Positions 11,601-24,494 of a stretch of 36,332 bases of DNA are shown piece after piece. Origin of the DNA: Reclinomonas americana ATCC 50394. Its lineage: Eukaryota. Numbering within the stretch: position 1 is the stretch's first letter; every line of letters begins with the position of its first letter. The notes beneath the pieces are model-generated. The model worked only from the letters and a program-made list of their open reading frames with translations, had not been told where the DNA came from and searched no databases. Made by a program: the position numbers and the translations under genes. Where the stretch lies: positions 1 to 36,332 of the forward strand of contig PS015419.1 of NCBI GenBank assembly GCA_048213135.1, read 5' to 3'.

Positions 11601-14600
11601 ATGGGAGGCACCACCGAAATCTGTGCAGCGCCAGTGAGACAAGCTCCGATAAAACCCAAGGAGCGCCAACGGCATCCGCACCGTGGTGGTGGCCTCCAAG
11701 GAATAACCTGGATTTCCGCGGAGTGTCATGACTACCTTGATCGGCAGCTCGCCGGCATGCGTGCCAGTCACGAGGACACTGCTGCCGTACAGCGACGGCG
11801 ACAGTGGGAACTCTGCATCACGCAAATCAGTGAACTGTCCCAGCTGGCCAAAGAATTGACGTTGCGCACCATCGGGCACACGCTGCACAACGTGGCCGAA
11901 TGTACTCGAAAAGTGCCACTCAAATGTGGAGTGGGAGCCGTAGAAGGAGAGTGGAGTGGCCAGCAGCTCGCCGGCACCGTACACAGAGGCCGGCGCCGAC
12001 TGCCCAATCACCAGCTGCGGCACGGAGACGATGCGAATACCGGTCTCCTTCAAGTCGATCACATGCACGGTGATCTTGTCGGCGGCAAGAACATTGACGC
12101 CGGCAGTGGCCTCGTCGGCTGCTTGTTTTCCGGTTGCGGCCGCGCGCTGACGTGCGTTGACGTACAACGTGCTGGTGCCAACTTGAAGCGCTGCGATAAC
12201 GCCGTGCTGGTCAACGTGTGCCACAGTCTCGTTGCTGAGTTTGAATGACATCTGCGAGAATGGTGCACGAAAGTTCTCAGTCAACAAGAATACCGAGGTA
12301 TTGCCACCGTGCGACACACCGTCAGGTCGTCGGTGTAGCTGCCGTCGACGCCCACTTGGTACAGCCCTCCGGGAATGAGGACCAACTTGCGCGGATGCAC
12401 CAGCAACTTGGCGTACACGCGGACCTGTGTGAAGACTAGTGTCGGCGAGGTGTTTCATGCAGGGACTCTGCATCGGTACACCTCCAGCAACGCACCTTGA
12501 TTTCTTCGGTGCACAATCGCGGCTGTTGGATCGCCTGGTTCCGCGCAATGCAGAAACGAAGCGACGTGCGACCGTCACGCAGACCAAGCAGCCTGTGTGG
12601 CACAACAAACGAGAGTGAGCGCGCGATAATGTAATATGCGCGTGACAACAGAATGTCACCTGAAGCCGTTGGGTGCAGATGGATCGGCGCTGACGGAGAG
12701 AACCGACGGGTCCACCACCGACGCTGTCAAATTCATCAGCAGCAGCCTGCACACACGAACACACGTACGTGACACGCGTGAGCAAAACGGATGTGAGACG
12801 ACACTCGCATGGGCCCACAACACAACTGATCGTCGCGGAACGGCAGCTTGTGGCTGCCAAACACAGTCACAGTGGAGCGTGATGCAATGCCGGCCACCAC
12901 CTTGCGCGGAACGTCGGCCTATTATGATTGTGACCACAACGTCAGCATCGTCGATATTGCGAAGCAATATTCAAAGAAGTGCAGCGCAACGGAAATGGTG
13001 GTGGCCAGTGACACGTGATACTCGCCCTGCAGCGCCGGCACAAACGACACACCAGTGTCGTCGAAGAGCACGGTGGAAGTGCCGATGGAGAGCGGATGCA
13101 GCTGCGTGCACACGGTGAGCACTCGACTCAAATGAGTGCGCGTGCGCAAATGCTTTGCCACTCTCACCACCACGACATCTGCACTCTGGCGCTCCACGCG
13201 CACGTGGGACTCGCCGCTGGACTGAGTGACATTGTAGTTGCGCAGGCCAGAGCCGCGGGCGATGCGCACAAACAGCGACGAGTTCGGATGCGCATAGATC
13301 TCCGCCTGCGTACACACGTCGTCAATCGACGAGAGACGAACTGGCAAGCAAACACACACTGTCGCTCACTTGCAGCGGCTCCACGTGCATCGGATGCCAC
13401 ACACGAACATCCAGTGTGGCCGACACGCGTTCATAGGCATCCGGAGGCTCCGCCGTGCGCTTCCTGTTACCGCGGCAATGTGAGTCGGTTGTGAAGCACG
13501 TGAGCGACGAGTGCAACGCACCAGCGACGGAGAGCATCGAGATCATACGACGTGACTGCGGAATTGATGGTAAACGCCCCTTCCGAGTCACCCGTGTACA
13601 GCAGACGGGCACTGGAACCGGCACCGGCAGTGTCCAGCTCCGCGTATTGCTGCATCAACAAAAAACAAAACAAGCATAGAGTGCAGTCAGGTCGCAGCTG
13701 GTGAGCGATGAGTTGGCGGTGGGGCGCAACTGTCGAGTCCAGGTCCGTGTCAATGTACAAGGTGGATGCGTTGACGAATTCGTGGCCGGAGCGGTCGCGC
13801 AACACCGAGTGCGTCAGGAAGCGCGAATTGGTGTACACGTTGCACGCGTCGGCACATGTCACTGCGGGTGAGCGGTGAGCGCGTGCCACAGAGCCACTCA
13901 TCTCGCCAGTATCGCAGGTCACATACCTGCACCCGTGCTAGCCACCAGGCGGAGGCGCATGCTCACGGGGTGAGCGCAGACGAAATGCAAAGCAATGGTC
14001 TCCACTGTGTCCGCAGCCAGTGCGTCCACCGACGGCACCTTGTGTACTCGCTGCATGGTGAGTTCCTGGGACGCACGACATATGCAAGGTGAACAAACGG
14101 CCTGCACCAGCGCAAGCACTCAACCACACTCGCACGTACCTGGGCGCCGAGTTTCGTGCACGTCACACGATAGAGACGCTCTTCGGCCTCGTCGTCGTGC
14201 TTGAGGCTGTCAATGGTGGCAATATGGGAGGCGGCATCGGCACGCGCGGCCCACGACAGCGTCTCCTTGACCGAGTTGCTGCCGGAGCGCCACTTGGCCA
14301 GCGACGACGACGACAAATCCCACGGTTGCACGCCCTTGACCATCTGCAATAGCAGGTGGTGAGGTGGCACCACGAGGCGACGATGACAGAGACCGAGACG
14401 CAACCTGCAAGGTGGCTGTCGCGCCATACGACACGACAATGGTGGTGCTGGGCGGCGAAATCATCTGTGCGCCACACGTCGTGTCAGAAAACAGCAGCTC
14501 GTCAGTATTCCCGCCGATCGGCGACTCACCTCCAGATCGTAGTACGCGCCAATCAGCGTCTCTGCCGTGATATCCAATCCGGCAAGCCGATTGTGATATG

Positions 14601-17600
14601 TTGCCTGTTTGTGTATGTGTACGGCCGTCGTGATCATCAATCGCTTCACCTTTGCCACTCGAAATCCCACGTCAACGCACCTCGATGACCGACACTCCAA
14701 CCTCCTTGGCACGCAGATGCACACAGCTGGCGCGGCATGCACCATCGGCAGTGGTCGATGCACTCTCTGGCGCGTCGTACACAGTGGTGTTGTGCACACG
14801 CCAGGAGACCTGCAGCAGCGTGGCGTTGTGGAACACACGACCCCTGATCAAAGTTTTTCTCCAATAAGTGACGAGAATCACACGCACATCAGGCTGCCAC
14901 AGATGCACACAACTCCTTGTCCTCGAAGAGCAACTGCAGGGGAAGATGGTGCGAGACGCCGGCTTCGCGCACGCCACGCGCGAAAAAGGCGCGCTCCGGC
15001 GTGCTGACAATCACCTGCAATGAAAAGTTAAATGCATGCACGCCATATGTCGAACGCGCGCACTCCATGGATTCTCCCGCACCTGAATGCGGTCGCGATT
15101 GAGTGGATTGGCGGCGTCTGAGACCACGATGAATGTCTCGCCCGTTGTCTGTCGAGCAAATGAATGAACAACAGTGGCGCAAAAAAGAAGAGAGTACTCG
15201 CCAACACGGATATCCACAAACCAGTCCAGTGATGACACCACGGTCCACTGACGCCACCGCCGGGTTCATTGACTCCCACACATAGGAGCCGCTCCCGCCC
15301 AGAGCCTGGCAGACAGACGAACGGCCAGTCAGTCAAACACTCTTCTTCCACCCACCACCTCCTGCTTCTCTCACCGTCAATGTGCGCGAGTGCAGCAAGT
15401 GCGTATCATGCGGCAGCACCAGTTGCTTCTCGCCAGTTGCGGCACTGTCGCCATTGACGACAGCACGATCGCTCCACTGAATCTCCACCGGCGCGTCAAT
15501 GTGAAGAGTGCTGCGCACGGAAAGCTGATGCTTACGTGCCTGCAACACACGTGCGTGTGAGTCGGTGGAACAGTTTTGATCGACACGACGAGAGAGGGCT
15601 CACCGAGGACGCGTCGAGCAGCGACCACGTCACCACTGTCTCGCCCACTTGGCGCGCCACCACGGTGGCCGACGTGCTTCGCGGATGCGCACTGATGCTG
15701 CGCAGCGAACGCTCGTCCAACTCGACAGAGAAGACCATGTTCTGCAACCAGAGTGCGACATGAGGACCAGACCGCCAAGGCGACACACAAATTGGAAAAT
15801 CCTCTCACACCTCGGTGATAAACACTTCGTTCTTGTCGCTCATGACGTGCACGCGCAGGTCGTACGTCTTGCCAGAAATGAGACGAGACGTGCTCGCAAT
15901 CTGCCACAGAGCAAGTGAGTGACTCGTCCGCGCAAGTGGTCACATCGCGCCGAGCGCAACATTCAGCAGTAGGTTTCGCATGTAGGCTGGGAACTCCTCG
16001 TGGAAGTGCGGATGAATGGAGATCTTCAGCGAGGTCGGGTTGACCACGAACACACGACACTGTGCCTCGTTCTGCTCAAGACGTGCATCACGAAATAAAA
16101 GTCAAGGCACAGACGAGCACAAAGAAGTGAATCGATGACGGGTAGCGGTCAAGTGAGAAAAAAGGATATTTGGATCGCGAGCAGACACCATCGCGTCGCC
16201 CGGCTTGCGCGCCGTAAAGTGCCCGATGCTGCTGATGGCGCCGACTGCTGCATCACTGACACTCCACTTGAACTGATTGCGCGGATCCGCAGCCGACAAA
16301 ACTGATCAACGGCAGCCGTGAGCACGCACGACGAAACACGCGTAAAGGCAAAGATGGGCGACCACTAACCACTCGACGTGCCATCCGTGATAATGTGCAA
16401 CGCAAAGGTGAGCTCGGCCGCCGGCGCCAGGTACAGCGGGCCCGGTGGCACGATCTCGATGTTGTCCACCACCGTCAGTGTGACGCTGGCGCTCAGAGTC
16501 TGATCGGCCGCCACCGCCGCCGTCACCTCCACCACTCCCGGCTTGGCACCGCGCACCACAATCTCATCGGAGGTGGATCCCTCGTCCTCCGTGTGCAGCT
16601 GTTCCTCGGAGCCCTTGAGACTGGATTCGTGGATGTTGAGCAGCTGCAACACATCGCCGCTGTGACAGGGGGTGTGAGAAGGCGACGACGACGACGCGGA
16701 ATGCACATGCGCATGCATGCAGACCTTGTTCGTCGCTGAGATTCGGAAATGTGCTTGGACACTGTCCACTTGAACGGCAGACCATGCAACGTCGTGAACG
16801 CATTCCCTGCACGCCACCTCGGTCACTTTCGGGTGGCCGCTCGTCGCAGACTGCACGCGCACACACACACCTTCACGATCAAAGCCCTGCATCGAAAGCG
16901 TCTCCATCTCCGACACAAAGAGGCGCCTCGACGTGGTCAGCACCTGCAGACGATGGATCCTCGCCACAAACACCTCACAGCGCAATTGCTTGCCGTGAGC
17001 TACAAGAAAAAGAGTGAGACCGACAGCAGAGAGAAAGGAAAAGCAAGACACCACGAAACTCTTGTCGCGGGCCGTGACCACTGCCATGGCGTCCTTGCTC
17101 GTACCACTGTTTGCATACACCTGCACCAATGCAACCATGAGGAAACGTTGCTGGCGAGAGAGACAACAACAACTACAAAGACGAAACTCGAGCCGACGAC
17201 ATGCACGCTGATCCGAAAAGCAAGAAGTGAGCAAGTGCGCTGATGAGAGACAAGCACGCGCGCACAACACACACACGCACACACACCAGTGGCTTCTCCC
17301 TCTGCGCCTGCAGCACCAGCAGAAGCACCAGAAGCAGCCGAGGCAATCGGTTCAACATGCACAGTGGACGGGTCCTGTGAGCGCCACTGGAAGCAGCTAT
17401 CGGGCAAGTACTCGGCGCTGAGCACAAACGACACACGCGAGTCCGGCGGCAACAGCACCGACACCTGTGTTTGCGCGCATACATTCATTCATTCACCGAG
17501 TCATGCAAAATGCGCGCGCGCATGTGTGAGTGTGTGCGCGCATGCATGTGCGTGGCTCTCTTCTCTCTCCTTTGTTTACTCGACGTGCATGTGCGCATGC

Positions 17601-17740
17601 ATGCGAGTGTGCGCGCGTGTGTGTGAAAGAGAGTGTCACTGCAAATGACTTGCCTCTGAGATCTTTGCAGCTGGTGCAGCCGCCACTGTCACCGCGAGCA
17701 GCAGGACCAGCAGTGCAAGCACCGACAGAGGCTGCTGCAT
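8615..17740 (-). CDS. NUP210: Nuclear pore membrane glycoprotein gp210 (~42 exons)
   Basis: Signal peptide MQQPLSVLALLVLLLAVTVAA, then VSVLLP...CFQWRS...LRCEVFVARIHRLQVLTTSRRLFV...QGFDREGNAFTTLHGLPFKW (conserved gp210 N-terminus). Repeated Ig-like/BIG2-like units (GGSGSYVWESMNPAVASVD; FKLSNETVAHVDQHGVIAALQVG). Single C-terminal TM (WWQVVLVLVLLYIIYITYLRLR) and a Pro-rich tail. Confidence 0.9.
16083..16169 (-). other. U12-type (minor) AT-AC intron in NUP210
   Basis: 5' end ATATCCTTTT, branch site TGCCTTGAC shortly upstream of the 3' end ...GCAC. Removal gives in-frame RDP-S-LEQNEAQCRVFVVNP. Confidence 0.9.
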
Positions 17741-17820
17741 GTTTGCCGCGCGCAACACACTGTCACACAAACACAAACAAGCGAGCAACAACTGTCTTGT
17801 CACACTGTGTCCTGAGTGCG

Positions 17821-20800
17821 ATGGAGGGCGCGACGGAGGCTGCTGTGGAGGTTGCTGTACTGCGCGGCCATGGCAACACAGTGCGACGGTTTGCGTGAAC
17901 GCGTGTGTGTGTGAGCGAGCGAGCGATGTGTGAGCACGATATTGATCATCGCGCGCACACACACAACAGAGTCTTGTATCATCCTCGTGCAAACGAGGTC
18001 TTGTCGGCGTCACTAGACGGCACGCTGAGAGTTGCGTGCATCACGCGCTCTGTCTCTCTCTCACTGTGAACGTCGATTGTCATTGTTTATGTCGTAACGA
18101 TCAACAGCTGTGGGACCCGAGTGCGTGGGAAGGGGCGGCGACGATGCCTGTGGTGGTGCCGCAGGCGGCTGGTGTGCTGGCGATGCACTCGGATCAGGTG
18201 TGGAGCGTGGCGTATCGACCGGATGGGCGTGAGTTTGTGTCGGCCGGCTGGGATCAAACGCTGCGAGTGTGGCGAGTGCGAGTGCCCACGGCTGCTCCAG
18301 CTGCCGCCACACCGCAGCTGACGCCCAATGAGATGTTGTTTGGGACCTCGGCTGGTGAGTCGTGCGATTGCGCGAGTGTGTGTGGGGGGTGCGAGTTGTC
18401 TCTCATGTTGCTGGCGCGCAGGACCATCGACTGCGGTGCCGTCGTCGTTTCAACCTGCCGGCACTCCGCCCTCGTCGGTTCGACCGTCTGCGGCGCCGTC
18501 GCCGGCTCCCGGAGCGCCACCAGGAGGTGGTACACCGAGAGCATCTGCCGAGCCACCGCAGCCAGCTGCGGCCGCTGACGATGATCGGCCACCGCACGGT
18601 GTGCCGGTGTGTGCGCTGCACTGTGGGGTGGAGCTGGTGGCCACCATTCAGCAACCGTGTGCGGTGTGGGATGTGGCGTACCATCCTGATGGCTCGCAGT
18701 TCGCCTCGGCGTCACACGATCGGCAAGTGCGTCTGTGGAACGCCGAGACGAGAGAGTGCATCGCCACTCTGAAGGGTCACACGCATCAGGTGTGGAGATA
18801 CCGTAGAGGGCTGTGATGCTGAACCATCTCTCACCTCTCTGTGTTGAAGGTGATGAGTGTGGCCTACCACCCCACTGGAGCCGTGCTGGCCTCTGTGTCC
18901 CTCGACTATTCGGTACGCCTGTGGAATCCACGCACGTTTGCCTGCTTGTGTGTGCTGGAGAACGCACACACGGATCAAATCTGGTGCGTGGCGTTCCACC
19001 CCGGCGGTCAGCAGTTTGCCACCTCGTCTCTCGACGGAAGCATCAAGGTATTGCTCGCCGCCACTTCACGCTGCTGTCGCTGCAGTGCACTCACATCGAC
19101 GTCCTCACCCTCTCTTCGTGCTAGGTGTGGGAGGTGGTGGAGCAAATCAGCAAATCGGCCGCCAACAAGCGCAGTTCGCCGACTCCGACGCCGTCTGTGT
19201 CGGGACGCGCGTCGGCCACCTCGCCGAGTCCAGGTGCCTCACGAGCAGTCACACCTGCCGGCGCCAAGACACCCGCGACGCCTGGCGTGTCGGGTCGAGG
19301 CACGCCAGTGCCCTCGACGACTTCACCGACGCCCGCGCGCAGTCCGAGTGCCGCGCCAATGCCAGAAATCACCGAGCCGCTGCATGTGAACTGCGTGTGC
19401 ACGCTGCAGGGCCACACGGGCGAGGTGTACGGTGTGGCGTACCATCCGTTCGGCACGCACTTGGCGTCGGCGTCGGGTGACGGGCGTGTCAAAGTGTGGG
19501 ACACTCAGTCGCAGCGCTGTCTGCTCACCGTGTCGGGACATCAGTCGGAGGTGTGGGATGTGGCGTGGCACCCGCGTGGCCGCCACCTGATTAGCTCGTC
19601 GGCAGACCGCACCATCCGAGTGTGGGAGTTGCCGTCGGCGGTGCCCACCGGCGCACTCCAACTGCAATGTCTGTCCTCGTCGGACTCCACGCTCACCTTG
19701 CAGACGGCAAGCAGTGCGCGCACTGTCGGGTGCGTTCGCATCGTGGAGATGCTGCAAAATATGTTTGACGGCGCAGAGGATGCCATGGCACCGGTGGAGA
19801 TGCGCGAGAGCACGGGAAGGAGAGTACGACGGCGACAACTGAAACGCTCGGCGTATGCTGAGGAGGCGAATTTGGACACGGAGAACGATGCCGACGACGA
19901 TGACGATTCGTGGGAGCGTGTGGGCGAGTTGGTCGACACCGCCCCGCTGCTCATCACCAACTTGGCGTGCAGCAGTTGGTACGTGTTCCGCGTGGTGGCG
20001 TTGCACCCGGAGAAGTTGACGCCGCTGGTGATTGGTGAGCGACACGCTTTCAAGACCTCGAGCAAGGTCCTGTCGCGTCTTCGCGTCGAGTGCGAGAGCG
20101 CAGTGTCGGGCCCAGGTGCCACTGGTCTCGAGGTGTGTATTGCTAGTGATGATCTCCGTGCACCAAAGTGGAGTGTGCTCACTTAATGTCAGGGTGTGCA
20201 TGCCATGGAAGAGGGCGATCAGTTCGAGGGCGGCAAGGTCGTCATTCCGTTCCTACTGGAGTGGTTCGACGAGTTGCCTGCGGGGTTTGGCGACCACGCG
20301 CAGACGGTGCAGCAGGTGCAGCGACTCGTGAGCTCCCTGACGGCCTACGCGGGCCCATTGACCACCGAAATGTGCGTGCTGACGGAGCTGCTCAAGCGCG
20401 ATGTGTGGAAGGCGCACTCGGTCAACCGGCAAGTGTATCCACGGCTGCGCGAGTTCCAACGACTGCTCGAGCACGTGCCAAAGGTCAAGCAGGCGCTGCA
20501 GCAGGCGGAGCGTGGTGATGTTGCGTTTCCTGCCGGTTATTCTTACTCAACCTGTGCCCACCTATTGACGGTTGCGTGCGTGTGTTCAGGACCTGCGTAC
20601 GCGCCAGGCACTCCACGAAGAGTACTTGGCGTCGCTGAAGAGGCTGGATGAGTTGTGCACGTTCTTTACCTTTGAGGCGCCGTTCCTGCAGCTGCCGCGG
20701 CCGACCGAGTCCCACACGCTGGCCACGCAGCTGCTGAATGGACGCCTCGAAGTGAAGCAACAACTGCTGCGCACGGTGGAGACGCGCATGCTGCGCTCGC

Positions 20801-22521
20801 TGGAGTGGATTGCCGAGCGCAACGAGGTGGTCGGCGAAGAGATTGCCGAGTTGGAGAAACAGCTGCGAGCAAAGTGCGATGAGCGTGCCGCACTGATTGA
20901 GGTTCGTGTCGTTTCCTTTCCTCTCTCCATTTCTTACTCAATTCTCACCAACCTCCTTTCCTTTCTCCCCCTTGCGCAGTTGGAGCGCGAGTATCGCAAC
21001 AAGGACGTGCGGCAGGAGAGAGACACGATCGTGTTTGAGGAGTGGAGGGCGGCACTGGAGGAGCTGCGGCAGACTGCGGACGCGTGCTTCTCCGTTCTCG
21101 CCAACGACGTGACGCAAATGCAAAAGGAGATTACTGTGCACGAGGATCTGGCCGCCAAGTCGCACAAGTCGACGCTGGAGGATTTGTTGAAGACGCTGGA
21201 GGTGTGTGTGGATAGCAAGGTGGTGGGTGATTTGCATGCACCTTTTAACAAATACCGATGCAGACGGACTCGCGCGTGGCCGAGGCGCGCATGCGCACTT
21301 TTGAGAAGAAGATCCAGCGCGAACTGGAGCTGCTGGAGGACCTCAAGCAAGGCAACATGGCGTTCGAGTTGGCCAAGTCGCAACAGCAGATTGCCGAGTG
21401 GAATGCCGAGGGCGTGAAGCTCGACGAGTACCTCGGCAACAACGAACAGTACGGCCTGCAAGCGCAACAAAAGCTGGCGTCGGTGGAGGCGGAGCGAGAG
21501 GCCATGCAGCGTCTCTTCCGATTCCCAGACAAGCTGTGCGACGGACAGTTTACGGACGTGCGCATCATGTATCGCAGCGATCACCGAGTGTTGCTGGGCG
21601 CCTACGACACCGTGCGCAAGAAGCTGGTGTGTTTGCGCTTCTACATGGCGCGTGCGCTGCGCGACGACGAGGCGGCGGTGTTGGAGGAGTTGCGATCGCC
21701 GTTTGTTGTGGAGTTGTTGGGTGAGGTCACGTTGGAGGACGAGTCGTCGGCCGACTACACGGCCATGCATCCGTTCTTGTACGGTCTCGTGTTGCAGCGC
21801 GGAGTGGAGAGCCTTGGAGACTCGCCACCAGCGCCGCTGCAGGTTTTATGCCGCCACCCTCCTCTTTCATTCTCACCGTGTTTGCTCACATCATCCGCGC
21901 CAGCAACTGTACTATGGACGAAGTGCGTTGCGTGCGTTGCAGTACTTGCACAACTCGGACGCGGTGCACGGCGACCTCAATGTGCACACGCTTGTCAAGT
22001 TCATCGACGACGACTGCAATGTGTCGCTGCGCTTCGGCAGTCTATCCGGATCGCGACCAGTGGGCACGGTGCTGCCGCGTGGCCGTGGGCGACTCGAGTT
22101 TAGTGCACCGGAGCTGTTGAAGGCCATCCTCGCCGATGGCGAGCTGAAGGCGGTGCCGAGTCTCGACGTGTGGTCCATTGGTCTCGTGCTGTTCGAGGTG
22201 TTTTTCTACGGCCAGTCGCTGTATCGGCGCTTCTTTGTCGAAGACCCCGAGGACCGCAACACGCCGTACGAGGAGCGCGTCAAGACCTGGCTACTCAGCA
22301 ACACCGACCCGGGCATGCAGCTGCCGCGTGCAGTCAAAGCTCCAGGGCCCGTGCGGCGCCTGATCGAGGCCGCCTTGCAACGCGACCCGAACAAACGACC
22401 GACCGCCGCCGACCTGCAATCGCAGCCGCTGTGGAGTGTGTTTGGTGCGCGTGAAGCTGCGCTGTTTCACGTCGGCGTGGATTTCGCCAGACCACCACCA
22501 CGATTGTCGCACCCAACGTGA
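17821..22521 (+). CDS. WD40 (7 repeats) - FN3 - coiled-coil - C-terminal (pseudo)kinase protein (~11 exons)
   Basis: Seven GH...W[DNE]-type repeats (e.g. GHTGEVYGVAYHPFGTHLASASGDGRVKVWD). FN3-like segment (LLITNLACSSWYVFRVVAL). Long E/K/Q/R heptad region. Kinase-fold motifs HGDLN, FSAPELL, DVWSIGLVLFE and DPNKRPTA. Confidence 0.85.
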
Positions 22522-22578
22522 TGAGTGTTGTAAAACAACAACAATAACAGCGATAACAATTTTTAATTGATTGATTGA

Positions 22579-24459
22579 TTAGAGTAGTGATGATGGTGGC
22601 GACTGCGTGCGCTCCAGTGGGTCGAAAAAGTCGGGAACGCTGGCGGCGGTCGGCGGAACTAGTGGTGGAGCCGATTCCTCGACAGCCGCCGAGGAGAACC
22701 ACGCACTGGCTGGCGGCACTCGCGGTTGCGGTCGCCAGCGACTTCTCGCGGTTGTCGATCGCGACGCGGCCACAGCAGCAGCTGAAGAAGATGAGGATGG
22801 GTCCATTATGGCAGCGGCGGTCGTCTCGAGGTCGCTGTTGTGCGTCATTCTGCGGAGCAAACCGGAGGGTTGTGAGCGCCGTTTGCAAGAACACGTTCAT
22901 GTTGCGTGCGCGTTACCTGCCAGGTCCGGCCCATATTACTTGGCCACGGTCGGTCTGCGCGCCCGGCCAGCGGTGTGTTACGGTACGTGTCAGCGGTATA
23001 TGCACGCCGAGACGGCCACCGAGCGACAAGGCCATCTCGGACGGGTTTTTCGGTGCCGTCACCGCCAGTCGGCCAATGTCGTGCCGACCGAGAATGGTGA
23101 CGGCGTTGAGTCGATACTCGCGCGCAATCAGCTTGGTTTCGAGGAAGGTCGGTGCCTTTCTGTACTGCCTGCACGATCCATACAGGAAGATGACGAAAGG
23201 AAGAAGCGAGAAAGCACACGAGCAGCAGTGTCCCTCACCGCTCCTTGGATCGACAAAACGGCAACATGGGCAGAATAACAACAGCCACAATCGACGTCAT
23301 GTACAGCGCCAGGAGGAGCGGAGGGATCCAGGAATGCGAACGTGGACCGCCCCAGAACTGTGACACTGAGATTTGAGTGCAGGGAAAGGGGTTGGTGAGG
23401 AGCAGCACGGAATGCGGACGCAACGCGGCCGCTGACGGTGGTATCCGTCACCAGGAAGATGTTCATGATAAACGCCGACAACAACGCCACATCAATGGCC
23501 GTCACAAAGCACACTAGATACGCCAAGTCGGAGAACTGGTGCGAGGGATAAAGTCAGAGTGCGTGCGCACACAGAACAACATGTCATCGGTGAGAGAGGG
23601 CGGACACAACTCGGAGAAAGAGTTTCGAGGTCAACTTGCGGAGGCACAGACGCACGAGTGCCACAAATGGCAGGATGAGAACATTGAGGCGCGAACGCAT
23701 CAATTGCGGCAAGCGGCGATAGAACATCTGCGCCGTGGGAATGTGAGCGAAGAGACGACACGGTGCGGGCACTCTCACTAATGCACGCACCACACGGACA
23801 GTCGGCACCTCAAAGTTGGCCAACGTGTACTCTCCGTCCCATCGAATGCCAAACGTGACGTTCCGGTAGTTCTCTCGCGGCGTGTACTGCCCAGAGAATT
23901 GCAGCGTTTGCACATTGGTGCCATTCACGTCCGCTGCCGGGGCGTCGGTCAGCGACGACGCGCAGATGGACGAAATAGCAACGCACACGACAAGCAGGAG
24001 ACCTTCAACAAAGCGCGCCACTATCGCAAACTCCATCAACGACGACATGGTCGTGCGATCGCGCAGACTGAACCAGCCGCGAGTGCTGGTGTTCTCGCGT
24101 CCACTCACTAGCAGCTTGAACGCATACGTGACGTTGGCCTGCGCGCGGACGCAACGTTGGTACGAAGAGAATGAAGACAAAGCAGACACGCTGCGGAGAA
24201 CAGGGTACCCGACCTGCAGGTCCACATGATCCGACTGAAAGTAGTAGTAGCTGACGTAGTTGACGTGCATGCGGCGGGCCAACCACATGGCCGCGAAGAG
24301 CCAGCTGAAGAAGACCAGCGCCAGCAGAACGAACCCGTAAGTCCACAGCCGGGCCAACCACACCAGCAGATCAGGATCCGTCATGATCTGCAGTCGGGGA
24401 AAGGAAAGAGGCAGATTCGCAGTTGAAAAAGGAGCCCGTGACCTCACCTCACCTCACTG

Positions 24460-24494
<35 letters not shown>

